Positions 22,676 through 31,865 of a DNA stretch of 64,000 nt are shown here, piece by piece; the stretch's first letter is position 1, and each line of letters opens with the position of its first letter. This DNA is from an uncultured Aliarcobacter sp. (lineage in GTDB: Bacteria; Campylobacterota; Campylobacteria; Campylobacterales; Arcobacteraceae), in the NCBI GenBank assembly GCA_963664305.2, contig CAXXLV010000001.1, positions 480,001 through 544,000 of the forward strand. The letters are read 5' to 3'. The translations under genes were made by a program, and so were the position numbers. The notes under the pieces were generated by a model, which saw only the letters and a list, made by a program, of their open reading frames with translations, had not been told where the DNA came from and made no database searches.

Positions 22676-23254
22676 ATGAGTATAAAAGAAGATGTTAATT
22701 ATGTAAAAAATGAACTAAGTAACGAAGAGAAATTTCTCGAAAATTTCGTGAAAGGTGAAAGATTTTTTAAAAAATATAAAACATTAATCTTTGCATTTAT
22801 AGTTATAATCATTGTTGGGTCAATTGGTATCATAATCAAAAAAAATATTGATAATGCAAATAAATTTGAAGCAAATGTTGCTCTTAACAATTATCTAAAT
22901 AATGGTGATAAAAAAGCTTTAGAAATATTAAAAAACAATAATCAAAAACTTTACGAGATTGCACTATTTTTAGAAGCAAAAAAAGAAAATAAATCTGCTC
23001 AAATTGATATTCCAATGTTAAAAGAGTTAATGGAATTTCAACTTGCAACACAAAGTAACAGTATTGAAAAATTAGATAATTTATCATTACAAAATGATTT
23101 TTTGATTAAAGAATTTGCAATATTTAACAAAGCACTAATTTTAGTTAATGAAGGGAAATATGAAGAAGCTAAAACTTCATTAAATAAAATTCCACAAACT
23201 TCAAAAGCATATGAATTAGCTAATTTACTAAATCACTACTTACTTACAAAATAA
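22676..23254 (+). CDS. YfgM-like single-TM TPR protein
   Basis: FFKKYK followed by a TM helix, helical periplasmic part with TPR-like ALILVNEGKYEEAK. Confidence 0.6.
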   Translation: MSIKEDVNYVKNELSNEEKFLENFVKGERFFKKYKTLIFAFIVIIIVGSIGIIIKKNIDNANKFEANVALNNYLNNGDKKALEILKNNNQKLYEIALFLEAKKENKSAQIDIPMLKELMEFQLATQSNSIEKLDNLSLQNDFLIKEFAIFNKALILVNEGKYEEAKTSLNKIPQTSKAYELANLLNHYLLTK

Positions 23255-23263
23255 GGAAAAAAC

Positions 23264-24247
23264 ATGAAATATTTATTGGTTTCATTATCAGCGCTACTTT
23301 TATTTACAGCTTGTTCTAGTAAAAAATATTATGAACCAGAAGATGTAAGTAGCAACATAGAATTAAACAAAGAGTCAATGTCTTCATCAATCAAATCTAT
23401 GAATAAAATAGGTGCTACACTAGATGATAATAGAATTATCACAAAAAATGGTATATCTGAATTTGAGTTACCAGAAGGTTTTGATTTTATAAATCTAACT
23501 GACGATGGAAAAGTAATAGCAACTAATTATATTGATAAATTATTAATTGGAAATCAAGAGAAAAAAGTTAAAGATGTAGTTGTTGCAGCAACTATTAAAA
23601 ATGGTAAATTAGCTGTTGTTTACTCAAATAATACAATTGAACTAATTGATATGAATACTGATAAAACTTTATTTAAAGAGTATTTACCTTTATCATTAGC
23701 AAATGATACAAGAATTGCAAATCCATATTTTATGGGTAACTTGATTTTATTCCCAACATTAAATGGAAAAGTAATTATTGTTTCTGCAATTAATAATGAA
23801 TCAGTTAAAAATATAGCTGTTGACCCTGATAATGAATTTAATAATATCATTTCATTAAATGTAATAGAAAGTAGTCAAACATTAATCGTTGCTAGTCCAA
23901 ATAAAATTGTTTCAATTTCTCCAAAAGAAGTTTTATCAAAAGAGTATGACTTAAGAGATATTATTGTAAATAAAGAGAATGTATATATCGCAACTGTTGA
24001 TGGACAACTAATCAAATTAACAGCTAACTTAGAAGAAGTTGCAAAGAAAAAATACAAATATGCAAAAATTCATGCTTTAGCATTTACTGATTCATTATAT
24101 GCTGTTGAATCTCAAGGTTTTTTAATAAACGTAAGTGCTGATTTTAAACAAGATGCAGTTTATGATTTCAGTTTCGATAATGAAGAAAGAATGATTGCAG
24201 TTGGAAATAGAATATACTATAACTCTAAATATATAACTCTTCCATAA
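23264..24247 (+). CDS. Beta-propeller (PQQ-like) lipoprotein, PgbB/BamB-like
   Basis: Lipobox FTAC, repeated beta-blade motifs (FPTLNGKVIIV, IATVDGQLIKL, AVESQGFLINV). Confidence 0.6.
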   Translation: MKYLLVSLSALLLFTACSSKKYYEPEDVSSNIELNKESMSSSIKSMNKIGATLDDNRIITKNGISEFELPEGFDFINLTDDGKVIATNYIDKLLIGNQEKKVKDVVVAATIKNGKLAVVYSNNTIELIDMNTDKTLFKEYLPLSLANDTRIANPYFMGNLILFPTLNGKVIIVSAINNESVKNIAVDPDNEFNNIISLNVIESSQTLIVASPNKIVSISPKEVLSKEYDLRDIIVNKENVYIATVDGQLIKLTANLEEVAKKKYKYAKIHALAFTDSLYAVESQGFLINVSADFKQDAVYDFSFDNEERMIAVGNRIYYNSKYITLP

Positions 24248-24254
24248 AAACTCA

Positions 24255-24289
24255 ATGATATAAGTTTGATTAAATCAAACTTACATCAT
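24255..24289. terminator. Bidirectional terminator
   Basis: ATGATATAAGTTTGAT-taa-ATCAAACTTACATCAT (16-bp stem, one mismatch) between convergent genes. Confidence 0.75.
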
Positions 24290-24294
24290 CTTTA

Positions 24295-25293
24295 TTAAGC
24301 AAAATTTCTATTAGCTAAAAATTCAACTAATACAGTTGCGTATGAACCTTTTGGTAAAATAAAATCTAAACTAGATACTTTTTTTGAAGCATCATATTTA
24401 CAAGATATATCTTTTGGAAAAACTATAGCTTCTCTTCTATAACCTTTTTCTTGAATATATAAATCATCATATTTTTCTTCTATTTTTAAAGCCTCACCAA
24501 TAGATTTAAAAACTTTTCTTCCTGGAAGTAATCCTGTTGGAACTACTTTAAAATCTTTAAAGTCTTTTATTATTTTTTCTGTAATAGCTTTTGGAGTAAA
24601 TAGTTTATCTTTTTCTAAATCTAAAAAAATATCTCCATCGAGTAACTTAAATTCATTTTCATTTAATTTAAGTCTTTCTACTAACCAAGCATTAAAAAAA
24701 CTACTTTGATAAGCAGAAATTAACATTTTTGCTAACTTCCTATCTTTGATAATCTCTTCACCATAAATTACAGATTTTGCTTTATCAAGATTTTCCATAA
24801 CATCTTTACCAAATCTTTGATAACCAAAATAGTTTGGCATTCCATTTTTAGTAATAACTTTTATAATCTTTTGAATATGATTTATATCAGAAACTTCTAC
24901 ATTATGTAGATTGATTTTAAATCTATTACCTTCTAAATCACCTATATTTAGCTTTTGATTATGTAAGCATGTTTCAAGTATTTCTATTTTTTTGCTTTTA
25001 AAAAGTTTTATCTCTTTTGAATATTTTTTAGGAATTGAAATATATTGAGTAGTTGTTGCTCTTTTATCTTTTAATCCAGCATAACCTATCTCATTTGAGT
25101 AAATCCCTAGGAATTTTGCTAGTCTATCAATTAATTCCCAAGTATCACAATTTGTTTTTTTTATTTTTAAAACTAGAAAACTACCGCTTTGAGAAAATTT
25201 TATAGGTTGTTCTTCAACTATAAAATCTTCTTCATTTTGGATAAATTTAAAATCTAAAGTTTTATCGTTTAAAGGATAAAATCTTTTTATCAA
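24295..25293 (-). CDS. truD: tRNA pseudouridine(13) synthase
   Basis: EDFIVEE, GYAGLKDK, GNRF, PNYFGYQRFG, LPKGSYAT. Confidence 0.96.
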   Translation of the reverse strand: MIKRFYPLNDKTLDFKFIQNEEDFIVEEQPIKFSQSGSFLVLKIKKTNCDTWELIDRLAKFLGIYSNEIGYAGLKDKRATTTQYISIPKKYSKEIKLFKSKKIEILETCLHNQKLNIGDLEGNRFKINLHNVEVSDINHIQKIIKVITKNGMPNYFGYQRFGKDVMENLDKAKSVIYGEEIIKDRKLAKMLISAYQSSFFNAWLVERLKLNENEFKLLDGDIFLDLEKDKLFTPKAITEKIIKDFKDFKVVPTGLLPGRKVFKSIGEALKIEEKYDDLYIQEKGYRREAIVFPKDISCKYDASKKVSSLDFILPKGSYATVLVEFLANRNFA

Positions 25294-25661
25294 TTTTTTG
25301 CTCTTTTCCCAGCTTCTTGTTCGTAAACAGTTCTACACTCTGTACAAAACTTTGCAAATGGTTTAGCTTTTAATCTACCAAGAGGAATAGTTACTCCACA
25401 CATATCACAAATACCATAAGTTCCAGCAGATATTTTTTTAAGCGCATCTTCAATTTGATTTAATTCATCTAATTGATGATTTGCAATCATTCCTTCAGTG
25501 AAAGAATCACTAACAAGTTCAGCATAATCTAACTCATCATTAATATCTTGTTCTTTAAGTTGATCAATATTTGATCTACTATTTTGAATGTTCGTTAAAA
25601 TATTCTCTTTTCTTCCAAGTAATATCTCTTTTAACTCATCGATTTGATTTTTATTTGGCAT
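25290..25661 (-). CDS. dksA: RNA polymerase-binding protein DksA
   Basis: DELDYA (DxxDxA), C4 zinc finger CDMC/CTEC; start moved to ATG 25661 behind AAGGAG. Confidence 0.92.
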   Translation of the reverse strand: MPNKNQIDELKEILLGRKENILTNIQNSRSNIDQLKEQDINDELDYAELVSDSFTEGMIANHQLDELNQIEDALKKISAGTYGICDMCGVTIPLGRLKAKPFAKFCTECRTVYEQEAGKRAKN

Positions 25662-25680
25662 ACTCTCTCTCCTTAAATAT

Positions 25681-25693
25681 TCGCGCAATTATA
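25681..25693 (-). promoter_or_regulatory. dksA -10 box with GC-rich discriminator
   Basis: Minus strand TATAAT-TGCGCGA upstream of the RBS. Confidence 0.55.
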
Positions 25694-25818
25694 TACTTTT
25701 TATTATATATAATTTATTAAATAAGGCTTAAGGCTCTATTTTTAGGTATTTCATGAAAAATAAATAATATTAAAAATCACAAAAAAAAATATATTTTATA
25801 AATTTTATTGATATTTCT

Positions 25819-25850
25819 TTAACAGTTAATTAACTTAAAATTGCTACAAT
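25819..25850 (+). promoter_or_regulatory. Promoter of ABC cluster: TTAAC-N6-TTAAC direct repeat plus extended -10
   Basis: TTAAC at 25819 and 25830; TGCTACAAT at 25842-25850. Confidence 0.45.
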
Positions 25851-25870
25851 ATTTTTATCAAAAGGAGTTT

Positions 25871-26131
25871 ATTATCACTACTTTATCAAAAATATATATT
25901 TCTTTTATATCAGTGTTAATATCAATGTTTATTTTCTTTATTTTTATTCATCCAACTATTAATAAAAAGATTAATTATTCATCAAAAATTACTAACATTA
26001 CAAAAATTCCTAATCTTGCTTATTCAAACAATATTTTTGAAGCTAGAATAAAAGAGTACAAAGATTATTCAACAAATCTTTATCCACTTCCAATACAAAT
26101 AAATTATTTGGATTTTGTATATGAAAAATAG
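25871..26131 (+). CDS. Small membrane-anchored hypothetical protein (start uncertain, probably ATT/ATC)
   Basis: N-terminal TM; AAGGAG at 25862-25867 precedes in-frame ATT/ATC; stop overlaps the permease start. Confidence 0.6.
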   Translation: MITTLSKIYISFISVLISMFIFFIFIHPTINKKINYSSKITNITKIPNLAYSNNIFEARIKEYKDYSTNLYPLPIQINYLDFVYEK

Positions 26132-27299
26132 CGTTTTTTTAAATTTCTTATTTTTACTTTTAAGTAAACACAAATCAAAACATATAGCTATTTTTATAAT
26201 TTCTATATTAATAGTTTTTTTAACATCATCTATTCTATTTTTAAAAAATTCTTTACAAAAAGAAATAAATTCTACTTTAGAAAATCAAAGTGATTTTGTA
26301 ATACAAAAAATAAATAGCGGAAAAACACAAAATATTCCTACTTCTTGGATTGATGATTTTAGTTCTATAAATGGTGTAACTTCTGTTCAACAAAGAGTTT
26401 ATGGTTTATACTATTTTATGCCAGAAAATATTTATTTTACAATTATAGGTATTGATTTTTTTGAAGAAACAACAAATAAAAATACAAAAGAACTTCTAAA
26501 TATTTTAAATATCTCTGATTTTTTAAGTGCAAACTCAATGATTATTGGAAATGGTGTAAAAAAAATCTTTGATAAATATCACTATTTTGATTCTTATGAT
26601 TTTAAACTTTCAAATAAAAATTTAGAAACTATAAAAATTTTCAAAGATTTACCAAAAGAGTCAAATATAGTTGCAAATGATTTGATAATTATGGATATAA
26701 ATCTTGCAAAAAAAATATTAAATATAAATGAAGAGGAAGCAACAGATATTATTTTAAATGTTCCAAATAATTTAGAAAGACAAAATGTAAAAGAACAAAT
26801 ATTATTAGAGCATTCAAATATAAGAGTTTTACAAAAAGATGAATTAAAAAAAATGTATGAAAATATGTTCAACTACAAAGGTGGAATATTTTTAATTTTA
26901 TTTATTGTTGTTTTATTTACTTTTATTTTGATTTTATACCAAAGATATTCAATGATAAGTTCAACTGATAAAAGAGAAATTGGTATTTTAAAAGCCGTTG
27001 GTTGGAGTATAAAAGATATTATCAAACTCAAAATCATGGAAAATTTTATAGTTGGTTTTATGGCATTTATTATTGGAGTTATTTTGGCTTATATTTTTAT
27101 ATTCATTTTAAATGCTCCTATTTTAAAAAATATTTTTATAGGTTTTTCAAATATTCAAAATGATTTTATAATATCTTCAAATATTGAAATAAGTAGTTTA
27201 ATCACCCTATTTTTATTTTTTATGATTCCATTTTTAAGTGCTGTTTTAATTCCTGTTTGGAAAGTTGCTATTATTGATTCTACAAAGAGTATGAAATGA
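26121..27299 (+). CDS. ABC permease, FtsX/MacB/LolE family
   Basis: TM - large periplasmic domain - 3 [16 protein letters not shown]. Confidence 0.9.
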   Translation: MKNSVFLNFLFLLLSKHKSKHIAIFIISILIVFLTSSILFLKNSLQKEINSTLENQSDFVIQKINSGKTQNIPTSWIDDFSSINGVTSVQQRVYGLYYFMPENIYFTIIGIDFFEETTNKNTKELLNILNISDFLSANSMIIGNGVKKIFDKYHYFDSYDFKLSNKNLETIKIFKDLPKESNIVANDLIIMDINLAKKILNINEEEATDIILNVPNNLERQNVKEQILLEHSNIRVLQKDELKKMYENMFNYKGGIFLILFIVVLFTFILILYQRYSMISSTDKREIGILKAVGWSIKDIIKLKIMENFIVGFMAFIIGVILAYIFIFILNAPILKNIFIGFSNIQNDFIISSNIEISSLITLFLFFMIPFLSAVLIPVWKVAIIDSTKSMK

Positions 27300-27967
27300 T
27301 ACAAATAAAAAACCTAAATAAAATATTTTATGAAAATACAAAAAAAGAGTTTTATGCTCTAAAAGATATAAATTTAGAGATAGAAACTTCAACTTGTGTA
27401 ATTTTAAAAGGTATTAGTGGAAGTGGGAAATCAACTCTTTTATCACTTATTGCAACTATGGAAAAACCAACAAGTGGTGAAATTATTATTGATGATGAAA
27501 GTGTTGCTAAACTTCCAGATTTACATAGTTCTAATTTTAGAGCAAAAAAACTAGGTTTTATTTTCCAATCATATAATCTATTTAATGAATTAAGTGTAAA
27601 GGATAATGTTTCAATTCCTTTGATTCCTCTTGGATTTTCTCAAAAAGAGATAAATGAAAAAGTTTTAAAAGCTTTAGAAATAGCAAATATTTCACATAAA
27701 AAAGATGAGTTAGTATCAAATCTTTCAGGTGGAGAAAAACAAAGATGTGCAATAGCAAGAGCAATTGTAAATAATCCTGATATTATTCTTTGTGATGAAC
27801 CAACTGCAAATCTTGATTTTGATAATTCAATCAAATTTATTGAAAATTTAAAAAAGTTAAAAAAATTAAACAAAACAATTATTGTTGCAACTCACGACCC
27901 AATTTTTGATAATCTTGATTTTATTGACAACGTTATAAATATAAAAAATGGAATAATTAGTGAGTAG
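27296..27967 (+). CDS. ABC ATP-binding protein (LolD-like)
   Basis: GISGSGKS, GFIFQ, LSGGEKQR, DEPTANLD, ATHD. Confidence 0.95.
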   Translation: MIQIKNLNKIFYENTKKEFYALKDINLEIETSTCVILKGISGSGKSTLLSLIATMEKPTSGEIIIDDESVAKLPDLHSSNFRAKKLGFIFQSYNLFNELSVKDNVSIPLIPLGFSQKEINEKVLKALEIANISHKKDELVSNLSGGEKQRCAIARAIVNNPDIILCDEPTANLDFDNSIKFIENLKKLKKLNKTIIVATHDPIFDNLDFIDNVINIKNGIISE

Positions 27968-28928
27968 TATTTTATTATCAAACGAAGTAATTATATTTTT
28001 ATTTGTGCAAATTATTCTTTTTATTTTATTAACAATTGCTTTTTATTTTTCACTCTCTATTATAAAAAATTGGGATTTTAATAAAACAACAAACAAACAA
28101 TATAAACTTGAAAAAACCTCTTATTTAGTGATTTTAATCATTAGTTTCACGCTAATTGTAAAAATAGTTTTATTTCCCTATTTTGCTTATAGTTTAGATA
28201 ATTTATCAAATATTGTCCCAGGTGCTATGTGTGCAGCTGGAATTGTTGGAGCAAATGAATTTGGTCAAATAAATCTAGCCTTAAAAATCTTGATTTTGTT
28301 TTTTATTGGTGTTTGGTTGATAATAAACTCTTTAGATTTAAAAGAAAAAACATATCCATATACAAAGAAAAAATACTTTTTATATATTTTCATTTTTATT
28401 TTATCTATTATTGAACTTTTTTTAGATTTCTCATTTTTAGATAATATCTCTACAAAAGAACCTGTTATGTGTTGTTCTGTAATATTTGGAGTTAATAATA
28501 CTGGAACTAAAATACCTTTTGATTTATCAATTTCAAATCTTTTGATTGTTTTTTATCTTTTATATATTTTAACAACGATTTTAAGTTTACAAAAATCATC
28601 TTTTTTGAATCTAATAATAAATTTTATGTTTTTATATATTGGTTATTATGCGGTAACTTACTTTTTCTCAACCTACATATACCAACTTCCAACTCATCAA
28701 TGCCCTTTTTGTATGCTTCAAAAAGAGTATTATTTTATTGGATATTTTATTTGGGGAACTCTATTTTTAGGAACTTTTTTTGGTGTTTCAAGTTTTATTT
28801 TAAAAACTTTTATTGATAAAGATTTAGCTTATACGTATAAATACTCTTTGATATTTAATACTCTTTTTCTGTTTTTATGTTCTTTTTATGTGATTAGATA
28901 TTATTTAGTTAATGGAGTTTTTTTATAA
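27960..28928 (+). CDS. Polytopic membrane protein with Cys/His motifs
   Basis: About 8 TM helices; loops carry GAMCAAG, MCCS and HQCPFC; GTG start overlapping the ATPase. Confidence 0.8.
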   Translation: MSSILLSNEVIIFLFVQIILFILLTIAFYFSLSIIKNWDFNKTTNKQYKLEKTSYLVILIISFTLIVKIVLFPYFAYSLDNLSNIVPGAMCAAGIVGANEFGQINLALKILILFFIGVWLIINSLDLKEKTYPYTKKKYFLYIFIFILSIIELFLDFSFLDNISTKEPVMCCSVIFGVNNTGTKIPFDLSISNLLIVFYLLYILTTILSLQKSSFLNLIINFMFLYIGYYAVTYFFSTYIYQLPTHQCPFCMLQKEYYFIGYFIWGTLFLGTFFGVSSFILKTFIDKDLAYTYKYSLIFNTLFLFLCSFYVIRYYLVNGVFL

Positions 28929-28967
28929 AAATCTGCGCTAAAAAAGCACAGATTTAAAAAATATAAA

Positions 28968-29153
28968 TTATTTATTTTCAGTTTGAGCAGCTGGTGCTGT
29001 CTCTTCTTTTTGAGTTTCTTGCGCAGGAGTTGTTGCTTCAGTTTTAGTTTCTGTTGTAGTTACTTCTGTTTTAGTTTCAGGTGCTTTTTTCTCTTCTGTA
29101 CAACCTGTTAATAAAGCTACTGCTACAACTGTTCCTAATAAAATTTTTTTCAT
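28968..29153 (-). CDS. Small low-complexity lipoprotein
   Basis: MKKILLGTVVAVALLTGC lipobox, T/E/K/A-rich tail with ETKTE twice; start moved to ATG 29153. Confidence 0.85.
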   Translation of the reverse strand: MKKILLGTVVAVALLTGCTEEKKAPETKTEVTTTETKTEATTPAQETQKEETAPAAQTENK

Positions 29154-29247
29154 GGATTGCGTCCTTTTTTGAATTTTTTGTTTCCTCAAAAACAATGTGG
29201 AATAATATCAAAACTATTGTGGAATAATTGTGTGAAAATAGCTTTTA

Positions 29248-31140
29248 TTAATCAATTGGAATTATTATTTCAAATAAAGCACCTTCATAACTTTTTCCTT
29301 CATACTCAAAAGTTACATTTTTGGTATTTATTTCTCCATTCATACTTTTACTAATTATTTCTCTACTCATATAAAGACCTATTCCAGTACCTTCAGATTG
29401 ATTTTTTGTTGTAAAATAAGGTTCAAATATTCTAGTAATTATATCTGTTGGAATTCCTCCTGCATTATCTTTAATTTGTACTAAAAGATTTTTTTGATTT
29501 TTTAAAACATCAATAAAAATTAATTTTTCATAATCTTTATCTTTTTTGATAAGTTCATCTCTTGCGTTATTTAAAATATTAATCAATACTTGCATTAACT
29601 CATTTTCAAAAGAGTTTATTTTTACATCTTGACCATTTTTTATTATTGTTATTCCGTTAGACCTAAATTGTAAATCAACTAAATTTATAACTTTATTTAT
29701 TGTTTCTAAAATTCTAAACTCTTTTTTATTTTTATCTGGTTTATAAAAATTCCTAAAATCATCAATCGTAGTAGATAAATATTGTACTGAGTTGTTTATT
29801 TGTTCTAATCCTTCAATTAAAAACTTATCTTCTAAAATATTCAACTCTTTTTGTAACTTCATTCCTGTTGCTGATGTAGAAATAGATGATAAAGGTTGTC
29901 TCCATTGATGAGCAATATTTCCAATCATTTCACCCATTGCAGCCATTTTTGCTTGTTGAGCTATAATATTTTGTTGTTTAGTTCTTTCATTTTGATATTT
30001 TTTAAATTTTTCTTGTAAAATTTTTGAAAAATAAATAGATATTATCATCAAAAATAAGATTAGAATACATGTAAATATTATTGTTTTAAAAAGATAATCT
30101 CTAAATTCTTGGTTTAATTCCTCTTTTTTATCATTAATAGCTCTTTGCATATCATCTTCATAAAATCCTGTTCCAATCATCCAAGACCAATTATTCAGAC
30201 CTTTTACAAAACTTATTTTTTTAATAGATTGTTCATTATCTGGCTTTTTATTTTGTATATATGTATAAAATCCTTCACCTTTTTTAGATATTTCAATTAA
30301 ATCTTCAATAACTTTTTTTATTTCAACAGTATCATTATTTTTTATTGCATTTTGTCCTACAAACTCTTTTCTTATATGACTTAAATATATTGAATCATAA
30401 TTAATAACAAATATATATCCATTATTTCCAAATCTTATCTCTCTTATATTTCTTAAAACTCTCTCTTGAACCTCTTTTTCAAAATCTTCTAAATATTCAC
30501 CTGTACCAATAAACCAATCAAATTGAGGAAGATTTCTGACTAATCCAATTTTTTTTCTTTGAACATCTGGCTTTATTGGATTGTACCAATACCATTCGTA
30601 AAATGCTTCGTCGTTTTTAGATAAAAGATTTGTCATATCTCTTATAATATATGAACCTTTTGCATCTTGATGATTCCAAAAACTTTTTCCTTCAAGCTCT
30701 TTATTATATGGTAATAAAACATTCTTTCCACTGTTTTCATATATAAAATAGTAACCTCTACCACTATTAAATCTCACATTTCTTAAAGCATCAATAACTA
30801 ATTTTTTGATTTCATCTTTACTTTTATCTAAATTATTTTCGTAAATAGTATTTGATATATTATAGGCTGTATCAATTGCTTCTTTTAGAGTTTTTCTTAG
30901 TTCTAATTCTGTGTATTCTTGTTCTCTTTTAATATAATCATAAACTTCATAAACCCTTTGTTTGATAAGTTCTTCATTTTTTTGAATATATTCTAAACGA
31001 ATTTTTTCTTTATCTTTTTCAAATTTCTTTTTATTATCCCAAAAAGATGCAGTCAAAACAAAAATTGTAATTGTAAGAACAAAAATTGTAGGAGTATATT
31101 TTATAATTCTTAATAGCTTTTTTTCATTTTCAAATACCAT
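29248..31140 (-). CDS. Cache-domain sensor histidine kinase (orphan)
   Basis: TM, two Cache modules (GYYFIY, WFIGTG), TM, H-box IAHQWRQPL, DNAGG, GTGIGL. Confidence 0.92.
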   Translation of the reverse strand: MVFENEKKLLRIIKYTPTIFVLTITIFVLTASFWDNKKKFEKDKEKIRLEYIQKNEELIKQRVYEVYDYIKREQEYTELELRKTLKEAIDTAYNISNTIYENNLDKSKDEIKKLVIDALRNVRFNSGRGYYFIYENSGKNVLLPYNKELEGKSFWNHQDAKGSYIIRDMTNLLSKNDEAFYEWYWYNPIKPDVQRKKIGLVRNLPQFDWFIGTGEYLEDFEKEVQERVLRNIREIRFGNNGYIFVINYDSIYLSHIRKEFVGQNAIKNNDTVEIKKVIEDLIEISKKGEGFYTYIQNKKPDNEQSIKKISFVKGLNNWSWMIGTGFYEDDMQRAINDKKEELNQEFRDYLFKTIIFTCILILFLMIISIYFSKILQEKFKKYQNERTKQQNIIAQQAKMAAMGEMIGNIAHQWRQPLSSISTSATGMKLQKELNILEDKFLIEGLEQINNSVQYLSTTIDDFRNFYKPDKNKKEFRILETINKVINLVDLQFRSNGITIIKNGQDVKINSFENELMQVLINILNNARDELIKKDKDYEKLIFIDVLKNQKNLLVQIKDNAGGIPTDIITRIFEPYFTTKNQSEGTGIGLYMSREIISKSMNGEINTKNVTFEYEGKSYEGALFEIIIPID

Positions 31141-31298
31141 TTGTTCCCTTTTTCATAGAATGTGATTATAGCAAACAAATCATTATTTATAAAAGATAAA
31201 TAACAATATACATATAAAACTTATTATTGAGAAAAAGAATTTTAAAATAGAAATAAATTCTATACATTTTTAGCTGTAAAAAAAGCTTTAAAAGTATT

Positions 31299-31342
31299 GA
31301 TTCTTTGGGATTAGTTTAGATTTATTTGGATTGTTTTAGATT
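31299..31342. repeat. Degenerate 10-bp tandem repeat abutting the tRNA-Cys 3' end
   Basis: GATT at 31299, 31309, 31319, 31329, 31339; units GATTCTTTGG/GATTAGTTTA/GATTTATTTG/GATTGTTTTA. Confidence 0.65.
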
Positions 31343-31348
31343 GAAAAG

Positions 31349-31424
31349 TGGAGGAGGTAGTCGGACTCGAACCAACGCATGTCGGATTTGCAATCCGAGG
31401 CATTACCAGCTTTGCTATACCTCC
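31349..31424 (-). tRNA. tRNA-Cys (GCA)
   Basis: GGAGGTA...TCGGA-TTGCAAA-TCCGA...GGTTCGAGTCC...TACCTCC-TCCA. Confidence 0.96.
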
Positions 31425-31488
31425 AACAAAATATTGGATAAGTTAAATCAAATAATGATAAAAAGTTAAATGATTTAAGTTTAAAAAA

Positions 31489-31577
31489 TGGCAGAGAGCA
31501 AGGGATTCGAACCCTCGGAGGCGTGAACCTCGCCGGTTTTCAAAACCGGTACAATCGACCAACTCTGTCAACTCTCT
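31489..31577 (-). tRNA. tRNA-Ser (TGA)
   Basis: CCGGT-TTTGAAA-ACCGG anticodon arm, long variable arm, GGTTCGAATCC, GCCA end. Confidence 0.95.
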
Positions 31578-31589
31578 ACTCATTAATAA

Positions 31590-31676
31590 TGGTGCGAATG
31601 ATCGGAATCGAACCGATACTCCCAAACGGGAATTGGATTTTAAGTCCAACGCGTCTACCTGTTCCGCCACACTCGC
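31590..31676 (-). tRNA. tRNA-Leu (TAA)
   Basis: TTGGA-CTTAAAA-TCCAA anticodon arm, long variable arm, ACCA end. Confidence 0.95.
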
Positions 31677-31721
31677 TTTTATAGGTAAGCAATTTAAGTC
31701 TTTCACTCAAATTGGACTGGA

Positions 31722-31750
31722 ATTATAATAGCTTTTTTTCTTTTTGTCAA
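31722..31750 (-). promoter_or_regulatory. Consensus sigma70 promoter of the tRNA operon
   Basis: Minus strand TTGACA (31750-31745), 17-nt spacer, TATAAT (31727-31722). Confidence 0.85.
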
Positions 31751-31865
31751 GAGTTTTTTAACAAAAATTGTAAATTTCTAAATATTTATTCTATTTAATA
31801 AAAAATGAACAGCAATAAATGTATAATCTAGCCATATAAATTACGCATATTTAAAGGATAATACA

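Noticed and set aside
31489..31577. tRNA-Ser as a selenocysteine or suppressor tRNA
   Set aside because: Anticodon is TGA (reads UCA), not TCA; the A1-U72 pair is only a minor variant
31443..31706. 87-aa ORF on minus strand
   Set aside because: Overlies tRNA-Leu and tRNA-Ser; spurious
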